DNA of 64,000 nucleotides from Myxococcota bacterium (GCA_036012755.1 DASCPX010000129.1:160001-224000), one strand, 5' to 3'; shown: positions 1 to 10,570, numbered from the stretch's first letter. The notes: generated by a model from the sequence alone, not told the origin. Made by a program: numbers and translations.

Positions 1-210
1 AACCCGTCGCCCGAAGACCCCAAGGGCGAGCACGTGACCGGCGAGGTTCAAGCGTGCGCGGTTGGTAACAGCGATGAACGCGAGCGCGGCGATGGCCGGG
101 ATCGGGTCTACGACCCAGTGGCCCGCGGGTTCGTAGAGGAAGCAGCCGCCGGGACGGCTGACGATCGCGAGTGAGTCTGTCCACTCCCACCAAAGGTATG
201 AGGGTCCCAT
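1..210 (-). CDS. possible hypothetical protein, runs off the window start
   Basis: ATG at 210, open to base 1 (MGPSYLWWEWTDSLAIV...PIPAIAALAFIAV); no recognisable family. Confidence 0.25.
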   Translation of the reverse strand, partial: MGPSYLWWEWTDSLAIVSRPGGCFLYEPAGHWVVDPIPAIAALAFIAVTNRARLNLAGHVLALGVFGRRV

Positions 211-272
211 GTGCCGATCGACCGCCGGTCTACGATCGGGTTCGACAAGAACGTGTAGAGTCGCCTGGGCCG

Positions 273-1796
273 CTACCCCTGGAACTCCTGCGAGGCCGCC
301 CTGTCCTTGGCCCGCTGGTTCTTCTGCATCGCGTCCGCGAAGCCCTTCACCATCGAGAGCGAGGGCTTCTCCATGTTGTAGAAGAGGAAGCTGAACAGGT
401 TGGAAGCTTGTATGTACTTGTAGACGTGACGCCAGTGCTCGATACCCTCGAGGTGCCGGGCGAGGGTCACCGGCCGGAAGTAGAACTCCCGGTAGAACTG
501 CCGGTGGTACTCGATGATGTCTTCACTCTCGAGGCCCCAGGGCACGAAGGTCGGCTCCCAGAAGCTGTTCTCAGAGGTCGTCTCGCTGATGACCCGACCC
601 CACTTGCTGCCTTCGCGCAGCCAGACCTCCATCTGTGGGGTCTGGGGCAACAGCGTGTTGATCTGGACCGTCACGTCGTGGAGAGGGATCGACTTGGCGA
701 ACTCTATCGTCTCGCGGATCGTGTCATGTGTGTCCGGCATGTGGCCGACCATGAAGAAGGCCTTGGGGCGCAGGCCGACCTCGTGAGCCCAGGTGATGGC
801 GTTGCGGATCTTCTCCTTCGTGATGCCCTTGGAGATGAACTCGAGGACCTCGTCGGAGCCGCTCTCGATGCCGAAGCGGGTGCGCCAGCAGCCGGCGTCC
901 TTCATCCGCTGGAGCATCTCCCTGTCGACGACCTCGACTCGGGAGGAGCAGGTCCAGCTGACCCTCACCCCGCGCCGGATGATCTCGTCACAGATCTTCA
1001 ACACGCGGCGCTTGTTGGCGCAGAAGAGCGAGTCGACGAAGGCGATGTCCTGGACGCCGAAGTCCCGGACCAGGTGCTCGATCTCGTCCACGATGGCCCT
1101 GGGATCCCTGGAGCGGTATCCGCTTCGGGACTTTTGGCAGAAGGCGCAGGCGTGCGGGCAGCCGCGTGAGGTGACCATCGCGAACTTGGGCATCGCGTGC
1201 TCGTCGACGGGCACGGGTTTGTAGAGATTTGGCGGGAGCAGGTGGCGGGACGGAAAGGGAAACTCGTCCAGCTTTCGGAAGGTCTTTCTGTGTGGCGTGT
1301 GGTGGATGGTGCCGTCATCGAGTCTGTAGACAATGCCTTCGATGCTGTCGGCTGTCCGTAGACCCTTGTAGAAGTCCACGACGTCACACATCGTGTGCTC
1401 GCCCTCGTGGATGACCCCGATGTCGAAGCACTCGTGCTCCATCGCCTCGTCGGGGAGCAGCGTGACGTGGTAGCCACCGAGCACGATCGGCACCTCGGGC
1501 AGGGCCTGCTTCAGCTTCTCGGCGAGCTCTATGGCGCCGTCGAAGACCACCGTGGTGCTGCCGATTCCGATGACGTCGGGCCTGAAGTCCCTGATGCGCC
1601 GGACGGTGGCGGGGATGTCGAGCTTCTCTGCAGCGGCGTCGATGCAGGCGAGGGTCTCTCCGCGGCGCTCCAGCACGGCGGCGATGTAGAGCAGGCCCAG
1701 GGGCGCCGAGTTGTAGAACAGGTAGGAGGTGACGGGGTCGACGTTCCCGTCGCGCAGCACCGAATCGAGCGGCGGGTTGATCAGGATGATGCGCAA
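273..1796 (-). CDS. B12-binding radical SAM protein
   Basis: IILINPP, APLGLLYIAA and LGGYHVT cobalamin-binding domain; SRGCPHACAFC (CxxxCxxC); FGIESG. TTG start chosen at 1796 from the upstream GGAGG; ATG 1823 is an alternative. Confidence 0.9.
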   Translation of the reverse strand: MRIILINPPLDSVLRDGNVDPVTSYLFYNSAPLGLLYIAAVLERRGETLACIDAAAEKLDIPATVRRIRDFRPDVIGIGSTTVVFDGAIELAEKLKQALPEVPIVLGGYHVTLLPDEAMEHECFDIGVIHEGEHTMCDVVDFYKGLRTADSIEGIVYRLDDGTIHHTPHRKTFRKLDEFPFPSRHLLPPNLYKPVPVDEHAMPKFAMVTSRGCPHACAFCQKSRSGYRSRDPRAIVDEIEHLVRDFGVQDIAFVDSLFCANKRRVLKICDEIIRRGVRVSWTCSSRVEVVDREMLQRMKDAGCWRTRFGIESGSDEVLEFISKGITKEKIRNAITWAHEVGLRPKAFFMVGHMPDTHDTIRETIEFAKSIPLHDVTVQINTLLPQTPQMEVWLREGSKWGRVISETTSENSFWEPTFVPWGLESEDIIEYHRQFYREFYFRPVTLARHLEGIEHWRHVYKYIQASNLFSFLFYNMEKPSLSMVKGFADAMQKNQRAKDRAASQEFQG

Positions 1797-1863
1797 CGGG
1801 GGGCCTCCGAGGGAGCTGAGCATAGCGCTCGCCACCGAGTGTTAGGGTCCCCCACCACGGAGG

Positions 1864-2406
1864 TTGCAGCTGGCCGGGCCCGACGTCTTCAGCGACATGT
1901 TGGTTGGGACTGAGCGGATCGTCGCCGTGCTCGGTGCTCCGGGTACCACCCGCGACAAGAAGGTCACCTGGTGGCAGGTCGCGCTCACCGAGTACCGCGT
2001 CCTGGTCGTGCGCATGTCCAGCGAGGAGGGCAAGACCTGGCACACGGAGGTGCGGTGGGCAAAGGACCGGCCCGCCATCGGTGTCGCCCAGTACCCCCGG
2101 GCGGGCGAGGCTCGCGCACGCCTGGCGATCAGCGGCTTCCCAGAGCCCGTCGTGCTCATGGAGATCGACCAGCCGGACATCCACCCCCACCTCGCGCCCT
2201 TCCTGGTCGCGTGGGGCGCCGAGATCGAGGGTGTTCCAGAGGTCCCCGTGTCGATGGACGCTCCGAAGACAGAGGACGGCAAGACCGACCAGCAGCGGCT
2301 GATGGTCGCGGTCATCGGCGGGCTGGCGTTCATCGTGCTCTGCTGTGGCTGCGGTGGCGTGATGGTCTTCCTCAGAGACAGCATCGTGGCCTTCGTCAGC
2401 GGATGA
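1864..2406 (+). CDS. hypothetical membrane protein with C-terminal TM helix and CCGCGG
   Basis: Good GC3 codon usage; stop overlaps the next ATG (ATGA at 2403-2406); start uncertain. Confidence 0.65.
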   Translation: MQLAGPDVFSDMLVGTERIVAVLGAPGTTRDKKVTWWQVALTEYRVLVVRMSSEEGKTWHTEVRWAKDRPAIGVAQYPRAGEARARLAISGFPEPVVLMEIDQPDIHPHLAPFLVAWGAEIEGVPEVPVSMDAPKTEDGKTDQQRLMVAVIGGLAFIVLCCGCGGVMVFLRDSIVAFVSG

Positions 2407-3356
2407 AGGACCTGGCGCGCTGGGCCTTCTGGGTGCCCTTCCGCGAACTCCTCGATCCCCACCGTCCCGAGCAGCTTGCTCGGCTCTACCCCCTCTGGCG
2501 CCTGCAATATCGGAGCGGCGGCGCTCAGCGTCAGCTCATGCGCGAGGAGCTCCAGCGCTGCTTCGGGGTCGGCGAGGAGACCGTGCGCGAGGCCTACCGC
2601 GTCGCCTTCCGGGTGCACCTCGAGGAGCTCCTGCTGGGCAAGCTGGACCCCGACACGGTGGGCCTCTACATGCGCTGGGAGGGGCGCGAGAACCTGGACG
2701 CCGCGATGGAGCGCGGGCGCGGGGCGGTCCTCGCGCTGCCCCACGCCGGCAACGTCATGATGATGATCGCGCTGCTGGCGCTGTCCGGCTACCGCTACAC
2801 CCAGTACGCGGCGCGGGGACTGGCGCCAGAGGACGTCGCGCGGGCCAACCCTCGCGAGTTCGGCCACAACCGCTGGCGCACCGCCGTCAGGCAGGCCCGA
2901 GAGGACAACGAGGACCGCCTGCCAGCCTCCTTCCTCACCCTCGATGTCTCGGTGCGCGAGCTCTACCGCCGCCTCGGGCGGAACGAGACCGTCGGGATCG
3001 CGTACGACGGGCGCATCGGGAACAAGTTCGTCCTCTTCGACTACCTCGGCCGGCGGGCGCTGTTGAACCCCGGCCCCTTCCGCATGGCGGCCTCCACTGG
3101 CGCGGCGCTCGTGCCCATGTTCAACGCCTGTCCTGCCGGCGGCCCCAACGTCTGCCACGTCGCCGAGCCGCTGTATGGCAAGGACTGGCGCGACCTCGCC
3201 GAGCGCTTCCTCGCAGTGGCCCAGGCGTGGCTGCGAGCCCACCCAGCCGAGTACGGCATCTGGCTGGCCCACGCCCGCGAGCGCCGAGCGGTGGACGACC
3301 ACCCCTTCTTCGTCGACTACGCCCCTGACGCCCGCTGGCAGAAGTGGCAGGAGTAG
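2403..3356 (+). CDS. lipid A / lysophospholipid acyltransferase family (LpxL/HtrB-like)
   Basis: EGRENLDAAMERGRGAVLALPHAGN, YDGR, GPFRMAASTGAALVP, HPAEYGIW match the family pattern; ATGA-coupled start. Confidence 0.8.
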   Translation: MKDLARWAFWVPFRELLDPHRPEQLARLYPLWRLQYRSGGAQRQLMREELQRCFGVGEETVREAYRVAFRVHLEELLLGKLDPDTVGLYMRWEGRENLDAAMERGRGAVLALPHAGNVMMMIALLALSGYRYTQYAARGLAPEDVARANPREFGHNRWRTAVRQAREDNEDRLPASFLTLDVSVRELYRRLGRNETVGIAYDGRIGNKFVLFDYLGRRALLNPGPFRMAASTGAALVPMFNACPAGGPNVCHVAEPLYGKDWRDLAERFLAVAQAWLRAHPAEYGIWLAHARERRAVDDHPFFVDYAPDARWQKWQE

Positions 3357-3421
3357 GGGTCGGCGAGGTCGACAGCCCCGAGCCAGACGGGACACACTGA
3401 GCCCTTCGAGAGGTAGGACAG

Positions 3422-4959
3422 ATGTGGATCCTCCTGATGGCCTGCAGCCCAGAGTCACAGCCCGAGGTGCTCGGACCCTAGGTCCACCTCGAGCCGGCCG
3501 CAGTGGACTTCGGCTCGTTCTCGGCTGGCACCACCGCCTCCGAGGTCGTCACGCTGCGGAACCTCGGTGACGAGGACCTCGCCATTCTCGATCTTCGCGT
3601 CGACGACCTCGACGCCGGCGTGGACCTCGGCCCGCTCGGCCAGGTCCTGTTGGGGCCAGGCGAGGACACCGACTTCGTCCTCTCCTTCTCTCCGCAGACC
3701 GCCCAGGGGCTCGAGACGCGCCTGTGGGTCGACTCGAACGACCCCGAACGGCCCTCGGTCGAGGTGCCCATCGAGGGTGTCGGCGTCGCACCGATCCTCG
3801 ACGTGGAACCGCTGGAGTACGACTTCGGGACCGTCTACCTGGGCTGCGACCTCAGCCAGATCCTGAGCCTCTCGAACGTCGGCAACGAGGCGCTCTCGAT
3901 CGAGGAGCTCGCCTATGACGGCTCGGAGTTCTCCCTCGCCGAGGTCGAGGAGCTCCCCTGGACGCTGGAGCCCGAACAGCGCGTCGTCGTCGTCGTCGAG
4001 TACTCACCCGAGGAAGTGGGCGAGGCCACCGGCACCCTCACCATCGACAGCAGCGACCCGGCGAGCCCGCTCGAGGCCGTCCAGATGGGCGAGGGCGTTC
4101 TCTACGACGAGAGGACGGACACCTTCCAGCAGGTCCAGGCCACGGAGACCGACATCCTCCTCGCGGTGGACACCACCGGCGGCATGCTGGCGCACCTCTC
4201 CGACATGCGGGATCACTTCGCGGACTTCGTGGGCGCCCTGGAGGGGGTCGACTACCACATCGCCGTCGTGACGAGGGACGACGGCTGCGTGGCCGGCGAC
4301 CAGCCCTACATCGACAGCAGTATGTCCCTGGACGAGCAGGAGACGGTCTTTGCCGCGATGCTCTGCGCTGATGGCTCCGAGGTGGCGTGTGGAGGGGGAG
4401 ACGACGCCGAGCGCGGCTTCATGCTCCTGGAGTCCGCCCTGGACGACTCGAACCTCTCGGGCTGCAACGCCGGCTTCTACCGCGAGGACGCCACGCTCGA
4501 CCTCGTCGGTGTCGCCGATGACCCCGATCAGTCCGACAACGACTACAGCTACTACGTCTCGCTCTTCCAGAGCATGAAGTCGGACCCTGACGACGTCGTC
4601 ATTCACGCCATCGGGGGGGACTACCCGGCCGGTTGTGGGAAGGTGCCCCCTACAGCGGGTTCTTCGAGGCGACGGTCGCCACCGGCGGCCAGCTCCTGAG
4701 CATCTGCACGCCCGACTACGCCGAGCTGATGGACTCCCTGGGTGTCGCCGTTGCCGCGACGGTGTTCACGGACAGCTTCTACCTGACCGGGATCCCGGTG
4801 CCGGCCACCATCGAGGTCGTCGTCGACGACGTCACGGTGACGACCGGCTGGAGCTACGACAGCGACGACAACACAATCGTCTTCGAAGAGCCCCATGTGC
4901 CCGATGCCAACTCCACGATCGAGGTCTCCTACGGGCGCTACGGGGACTGCGACGACTAA
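3422..4959 (+). pseudogene. interrupted lipoprotein: two Ig-like (choice-of-anchor D type) domains plus a vWA-like domain
   Basis: MWILLMAC start; in-frame TAG at 3479-3481; VDFG and YDFG Ig-like repeats; DILLAVDTTGGM; frame switch near 4637-4642 into the 4633-4959 ORF (..EGAPYSGFFEATVATGG..). Confidence 0.7.
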
Positions 4960-4963
4960 GGCA

Positions 4964-6160
4964 TCAGTCGAGGTATCCGGCAGCCCGGAGCAGCTCTTCG
5001 ACCTCGAACTCGATGTCGCCATCGTCCCGACCATCCTCGAGCAGTCGGGCCCCGTGCGCGGCGAGGTCCTTGTCCTGCACCGGCGTGCGCACACCGGCGA
5101 CCTCTGAGTAGGTGACTCCCTCTGACCAGACCCTCTTGTCGTCGCCCCACCGGGCGACCTCGGTCGAGCAGAAGGCCTCGCCGTGGGTGCGTGCGCAGCG
5201 GCGGAGGTGGGGCCAGGCCTCGCTGATCGGAGCGTGGCGTTTTCTGGACTCGAGCAAGAGCGCGTGGGCGTCCATCGCCGACAGCCAGCCCTCCGGCAGG
5301 GTCCCAGTCGAGGTGTACAGCGGCACCACCGCGTTCTCGTCCCAGACGTTCTGGCCGTGGTCGAGGAGCCCGTGCTCGCCGAGCAGCTCGCCGTGATCGG
5401 AGGTGATGACGACCCGGCAGTTTTCTCCACAGTGGGCGCTCAGGATGGCGCCGAGCGAGGCATCCGCTCGCCGGACCGCGTTGTCGTAGAGCAGGTCGAT
5501 GCGTGCCTTCAGCGGCAGCCACTGCGTCTCGGGCAGCTCGCCTCGCATGTAGCGCGCCCACTCCCTGTTCTCGTCCGTCTTGTTCCAGCGGAGCCCGACC
5601 GCGCCTGGGACGCTCGGCCAGGGCTGGTGAGCGTCCCCGATGTTCACGAACAAGAACGTCGATCGTTCAGGATCCAGCTGGCTGACCAGGGCGTCGACCC
5701 GCGCCGGCAGCTCGGGCCCGAAGTAGAGCCCCCAGGCGGGCGCCACGTCGACGGTGTCGAAGCCGCGCAGCAGGCCCATCTGCTCGCTGACGACCGGGTT
5801 TCCGGAGACCGCCACGGTCTGGTAGCCCTTGTCCGCGAAGTGCTCGGCAAGGGTCGGCAGCGCCTCGTTCAGCGGCCGGCTCCGCGCACCGGTGCCAGAG
5901 AGATCGTCGACGCCGCTGGTGATGCAGTGGGCGTGGTGGTCGACTGGCATCGTGCCTGTCATGAAGGAGGCGTGGGAGGGCAGGGTCCACGAGCCCGGGG
6001 CCACCGCCGTGCAGGAGAGGCTGCCCTCGAGCGCCTCGAGGTTCGGCGAGGTCTCGGTGTCGTACCCGCAGGCGCTGAGCCGATCGGCGCGGACGGTGTC
6101 CAGGACGATGAAGATCACCGTCTCGGGCGGAGACGAGCAGGCCAGGAGGAGCCAGAACAC
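4964..6160 (-). CDS. sulfatase-like hydrolase, lipoprotein
   Basis: GTG start MFWLLLAC; IVLDTVRADRL, SWTLPSHASFMTG, ITSDHGE, HG. Confidence 0.85.
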   Translation of the reverse strand: MFWLLLACSSPPETVIFIVLDTVRADRLSACGYDTETSPNLEALEGSLSCTAVAPGSWTLPSHASFMTGTMPVDHHAHCITSGVDDLSGTGARSRPLNEALPTLAEHFADKGYQTVAVSGNPVVSEQMGLLRGFDTVDVAPAWGLYFGPELPARVDALVSQLDPERSTFLFVNIGDAHQPWPSVPGAVGLRWNKTDENREWARYMRGELPETQWLPLKARIDLLYDNAVRRADASLGAILSAHCGENCRVVITSDHGELLGEHGLLDHGQNVWDENAVVPLYTSTGTLPEGWLSAMDAHALLLESRKRHAPISEAWPHLRRCARTHGEAFCSTEVARWGDDKRVWSEGVTYSEVAGVRTPVQDKDLAAHGARLLEDGRDDGDIEFEVEELLRAAGYLD

Positions 6161-6226
6161 GCCCTCTTGTAAGGTGTGGCGGTCGAAAGTGTGAAGCTGA
6201 TCTAAAGGCGAGGTTCCACGGGCCGT

Positions 6227-7075
6227 ATGGGGTGTGTGCACCTCGAGGAACGACTCCGAAGAACGATCGGCCCCGCCCGCCTCGCCTGGGCTGACCTCCC
6301 TCCGCCCATCGAGCTGGTCCGTGTCCGCCGCACCCTCGGGCGCACCGACCTGGATGTCGCCACCGTCGGTCGCATCGTCGCCGGTGACCGTGTCCTGGCC
6401 CGCAGGCTCGTCCGGATCGCCAACTCCGGCTTCTTCGGGCTCCCGCGACGGGTGAGCGATCCGCGGCACGCGGTGGCCTTCCTCGGGCTCGACGCCGTCC
6501 GGCGGATCGCCTCCACCCTCGCGATCCTGAACGCCTTCCCAGGCAACACCTCCCATGGCGGACGGCGCCTGCGGCGGCACGCACAGACCACCACGCTGGT
6601 CACCCGCAGCTTCGCCGCCCGCTTCGAGCCGCTGCTCGACGCACGCGAGCTCTGGGCTCCCGCCATGCTCCACGAGCTCGGCAGCCTGGTCCTGTTGGCG
6701 AGCGCCCCGGACCGCTGGCAGCAGCTCAACCTCCATGCGGAGCGGCATGGCTGCACCCTGGACGAGTCAGAGCGCCTGCTGCGCCTTCCTCGGCGCCGAG
6801 ACCTGGCCGCCCTGGTCGCCGGTCGCTGGGGGCTCGACCTCGATGGTCTGTGGCACGACACCACCGGGCCCACCGAGCGGGCGACTCGCCGCATCGTCGA
6901 GTCCGCGAGCGAGGTGACGATGCTCGCCTTCCGGACACTGCGCCAGAGCTCGCGGGAGTACCTGCAGGTGAGGGTCTGCACCCGCCTCGGGATCCCCCTG
7001 GAGGCCTTCGTTGCGTTGATGGCGGGTGTCTACAGGCTCGGAGCCGAGGTGGAGGAGCACGCATTCGCCGGATAG
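6227..7075 (+). CDS. HDOD domain protein
   Basis: D..LARRLVRIANSGFFG, AVAFLGLDAVR, MLHELGSLVL. Confidence 0.8.
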   Translation: MGCVHLEERLRRTIGPARLAWADLPPPIELVRVRRTLGRTDLDVATVGRIVAGDRVLARRLVRIANSGFFGLPRRVSDPRHAVAFLGLDAVRRIASTLAILNAFPGNTSHGGRRLRRHAQTTTLVTRSFAARFEPLLDARELWAPAMLHELGSLVLLASAPDRWQQLNLHAERHGCTLDESERLLRLPRRRDLAALVAGRWGLDLDGLWHDTTGPTERATRRIVESASEVTMLAFRTLRQSSREYLQVRVCTRLGIPLEAFVALMAGVYRLGAEVEEHAFAG

Positions 7076-7084
7076 AGGGCGTGG

Positions 7085-9316
7085 ATGCTGCTCTTGTTCC
7101 TGGCATGCAAGCCCGCCAGCACCGGCGCCTGGTCGCTCCTCTACGGCGACGACGGGTCCTTCGATCTCCTCCACGAGCGCCACGGGCCGGTGTTGGAGGA
7201 CGTCCACCTTGCCAGCGGGCTCGGAGAGGTGGACGTCCTCTTCGCCGTCGGCAGCTATCGCTTCACCGAGCAGACGGAGGATCTCGTAGCAGCCGGGCGC
7301 ATCCGCAAGGTCCGCGAGATCGCAGGCGGTCTGCACCTGGAGCTCCAAGACGCGGACAAGGAGCCGCTCGGAACGCTCGTCGTCACGGCGGCTGGGGACA
7401 CGGCGGTCCTGTTCACCTGGGTCGCCGACGTCGACGCCAACCGGGCCGAGCTCAGCTTCGCCTGTGGCGACGAGCCGCTCATGGGCCTGGGCTCGCACGC
7501 CTTCGACGTAGAACACTCGGGCGAGGACTTCGCGCTGTGGACCTCTGAGCCGGGCATCGGCAAGTCCGACAGCGACGAGTACCCGGCTGACTGGTACCTG
7601 ACCGGGACACGGCACGCGACCTCGTTCCCCATGCCCTGGGTGCTGCGACCCGATCACAACAGCGGTGTCCTCGCCGACACCACGGCGAGGGTCGAGGCCA
7701 GGCTCTGTACCGACGGGCGGATCGCCCTCAGGAGCTGGGAGGCGGACAGTCGGTGGGTCGTGTTCGCCTCGGACGACACACTCGACACGATTCGAGCACT
7801 GGGCCTGGCCAGTGGCCCATACGAGCTGCCGGAGCCCTGGGTCTTTGCCCCGTGGAACGACGCCATCCGGGGCGAGGAGCGGGTTCGCGAGGTCCTTTCG
7901 TCCATCCGGCAGAGCGGCGCCGCCTCCACCGTCATCTGGACAGAGGACTGGAAGGGCGCGGAGGAAGGCCCCACCGGCTACCACCTGAAGGGCGAGTGGT
8001 TCCTCGACCGGGAGTTCTATCCCAACGCCGAGGACGTCGCGCAGGAGCTCAGGGACTCGGGGATCTACTGGTTTGCGTACTTCTCTCCGTTCCTCTACGA
8101 AGACACACAGACCTACGAGGACGCGGCGGGGCTGACCATCGAGACAGAGGACGGCGAGCCATACCTGTTCACCGGTCCGACCTTTGGCGAGATGACGATG
8201 ATCGACCTCACCTTGCCAGAGGCTCGGGAGTTCGCCCTCGAGCACATGGAGGACGCCATCGAGGTCGGCTTCAGGGGGTGGATGGCGGACTACGCCGAGT
8301 GGCTCCCGACGGACGCCGTGCTCGCGGGTGGCGACGCCTGGATCGAACACAATCGCTGGCCGCTGGCGTGGCAGGCGCTGAACCGCGAGGCCTTCGACGG
8401 TGTCGACGGGTCCTTCTTCGTGCGCTCCGGCTGGACCGGAACCACCGGGCTCGCGCCGGTGGTCTGGCTGGGTGATCAGCGCACCAGCTTCGACACTGAC
8501 GACGGCTTCCCCACGATCGTGCCCCTGGCGCTCGGACTCAGCGCCGGAGGCGTGCCGGTCGTGACCCATGACGTCGCCGGATACCAGTCGATCGGCAATG
8601 AACCGACCACGGAGGAGCTCTGGTACCGATGGACCGCCCTGGGGGCCTTCTCTCCGATCATGCGGACCCACCACGGCGCCTTCGAGGACGAGAACTTCCA
8701 GTTCGACCACGACGAGGACAGCCTCGCATTCTGGGCCGAGATGACGCACGAGCACATGCGCATCTGGCCCTACCGCTACGGGCTCGCGGCCAAGGCAGCG
8801 ACGGACGGCACGCCGATGTTGCTCCACCCCGCCTGGGTGTACGAGGGCGAGGACCACGCCCGGATCGACGCCTGGCTCATGGGTGAGGGGATGCTCGTTC
8901 GACCGGTCGTGGAGGAGGGCGCCGCGAGCGTCCAGGTCGACCTCCCAGCCGGCCGCTGGTGGGACTGGTGGACCATGGAAGAGGCCAACAGTGGCCCCTA
9001 CGAGGTGCCACTCGATACGATCCCGGTCTTCGTCGCCGAGGGCAGCATCGTCCCCACCTTCGACGTCATCCCGGAGACCCTGCTCGACGGAACGGATCTC
9101 GTCGACTTCGACGACGCCGACGTATCACGTACGATCTACGTGTTCGGTGACGGGGGCCACTTCGTCGAGGCCGACGGCACGATCTACGCCGCGGATGGTG
9201 CAGCGACCGGCACGGCCACAGAGACCCTGAAGAGCGGCACGATCAGCGTGGGTGGCCTGGAGTTGATGGTCTCGGGCTCGGTCGAGCGCGTCTACACGGT
9301 GGTCGCGGTCGACTGA
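7085..9316 (+). CDS. glycoside hydrolase family 31, lipoprotein
   Basis: GWMADYAEW nucleophile motif, WLGDQ acid/base motif, HDVAGY, FSPIMRTH; MLLLFLAC. Confidence 0.88.
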   Translation: MLLLFLACKPASTGAWSLLYGDDGSFDLLHERHGPVLEDVHLASGLGEVDVLFAVGSYRFTEQTEDLVAAGRIRKVREIAGGLHLELQDADKEPLGTLVVTAAGDTAVLFTWVADVDANRAELSFACGDEPLMGLGSHAFDVEHSGEDFALWTSEPGIGKSDSDEYPADWYLTGTRHATSFPMPWVLRPDHNSGVLADTTARVEARLCTDGRIALRSWEADSRWVVFASDDTLDTIRALGLASGPYELPEPWVFAPWNDAIRGEERVREVLSSIRQSGAASTVIWTEDWKGAEEGPTGYHLKGEWFLDREFYPNAEDVAQELRDSGIYWFAYFSPFLYEDTQTYEDAAGLTIETEDGEPYLFTGPTFGEMTMIDLTLPEAREFALEHMEDAIEVGFRGWMADYAEWLPTDAVLAGGDAWIEHNRWPLAWQALNREAFDGVDGSFFVRSGWTGTTGLAPVVWLGDQRTSFDTDDGFPTIVPLALGLSAGGVPVVTHDVAGYQSIGNEPTTEELWYRWTALGAFSPIMRTHHGAFEDENFQFDHDEDSLAFWAEMTHEHMRIWPYRYGLAAKAATDGTPMLLHPAWVYEGEDHARIDAWLMGEGMLVRPVVEEGAASVQVDLPAGRWWDWWTMEEANSGPYEVPLDTIPVFVAEGSIVPTFDVIPETLLDGTDLVDFDDADVSRTIYVFGDGGHFVEADGTIYAADGAATGTATETLKSGTISVGGLELMVSGSVERVYTVVAVD

Positions 9317-9317
9317 A

Positions 9318-10439
9318 TCAGATCTCGTAGACCCGCAGGATGTAGTTCCCGTCGATCATGATCTCGAACTCGCGGTCGGCGTCGAGGTCGATCGGGAAGG
9401 CCTCCTCCAGGGGCGCGACGACGTCCTCGTCGATGAGGGCGCCGACGTCTTCGAGCCAGATGACTCCGCCCTCGTCGCAGTACCGGAGAGCGTAGACGTC
9501 CTGGTAGTCGCCGTTCTGTACTCCCACGATCGGGTCGCTCACGTAGTCCCCGTCCAGGTCTGACCAGCCCATCGGGATCGTGTCGTTTCCGCTCTTCGAC
9601 ACGAGCGAGAACACGGCGTCGTTCAGGTCGGGCCCGGTCCACTCGGGGGCGCCGCGAACCACGCCGGTCTTGCCGCCGTAGCCGATCATGATGTCGCTGT
9701 AGCCGTCTCCGTCCATGTCGCCTGCGTGGAGCGCCCGTTCGTAGGCCGTGCCCTCTCCGAGCACCATGACGTCCTCTCCGGCGACGTTGCCCTCGAGCTT
9801 CGTGCCACCGTAGAGGATGCCCAGCCCCGTGCCGTCCCAGAGGTGTGACTGGTCCAGCACGCCGTCTCCGTTCCAGTCCCCCTCGCCGATGCCCCAGTAG
9901 ATGTAGGTCCCCGGCACGGTCAGGTGGGCCTCTGTGCCGTCGCCGTAGGTGACGTTCCAGGCCGTCCAGTCGTCGCCGTCACGATCGAAGACGTCGTCGA
10001 CGCCGTCACCGTCGTAGTCGTCCTCTGAGGCGGCGTAGAAGGTGTGGTCGACGTCCATCAGGTCGGGCTCTTCGCCGGGCACGAGCTCGTACATGCCGTC
10101 GTAGCACCCGGCGATCGCCTGTGGCTCGGCGCCGGTGTAGTGGTTCGTGATGAAAACCACGCAGTAGTAGGAGGTGTCCCAGGTGCCGATCTCCTCGTAG
10201 CCGTCGCTGAGCAGGGTGACGACACCCCCCGTGACGTGGGGGCCCGTCCACACCGGGTAGTGCATCAAGAGCTCCGCCGAGCCGTAGCCGAGGCGCCCGT
10301 AGTCCTCTCGCCCTCCGTCGAGCACGACGGGGTCGCCCATGGAGGGCTCGAGCGGCTCCTGGTCTGCGCAGGGCGGGTCCGCCGCGCCGGAGTAGCGGGG
10401 TTCCTCGGTTTCGCAGGCGAGCAGGATCAGGGCGGTCAT
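9318..10439 (-). CDS. lipoprotein with FG-GAP/integrin-like DxDGDG repeats
   Basis: MTALILLAC; DYDGDGVDD, DWNGDGVLD, DMDGDGYSD, DLDGDYVSD. Confidence 0.7.
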   Translation of the reverse strand: MTALILLACETEEPRYSGAADPPCADQEPLEPSMGDPVVLDGGREDYGRLGYGSAELLMHYPVWTGPHVTGGVVTLLSDGYEEIGTWDTSYYCVVFITNHYTGAEPQAIAGCYDGMYELVPGEEPDLMDVDHTFYAASEDDYDGDGVDDVFDRDGDDWTAWNVTYGDGTEAHLTVPGTYIYWGIGEGDWNGDGVLDQSHLWDGTGLGILYGGTKLEGNVAGEDVMVLGEGTAYERALHAGDMDGDGYSDIMIGYGGKTGVVRGAPEWTGPDLNDAVFSLVSKSGNDTIPMGWSDLDGDYVSDPIVGVQNGDYQDVYALRYCDEGGVIWLEDVGALIDEDVVAPLEEAFPIDLDADREFEIMIDGNYILRVYEI

Positions 10440-10570
10440 GCTCGGATCCTACGGGGAGCCCAGGCCATTGTTGCTTCGGGGCGGGCTTCTCTGCCCACTG
10501 CAGGCGTGGCGGAATCGGGCGGAAGGTCGCGGAGTTGGTAACATCCGTCCTCGCTCCGATGGGATCTGGT

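Noticed and set aside
2300..2406. TM + CCGCGG protein as a fourth CCCC-YYY family member
   Set aside because: No signal peptide, no LVVEAP linker, no terminal Tyr run.
273..3356. Radical SAM + acyltransferase as a RiPP or lipid-modification cluster
   Set aside because: Genes are divergent, no precursor peptide is visible, and context beyond the window start is missing.
3479..3481. Pyrrolysine or stop-codon reassignment
   Set aside because: TAG is a normal stop elsewhere (3354, 7073, 26412, 34232); single instance in a gene that also has a frameshift.
4630..4650. Canonical programmed -1 frameshift site
   Set aside because: Not an X_XXY_YYZ heptamer and no obvious stimulatory element; kept only as a low-interest observation.
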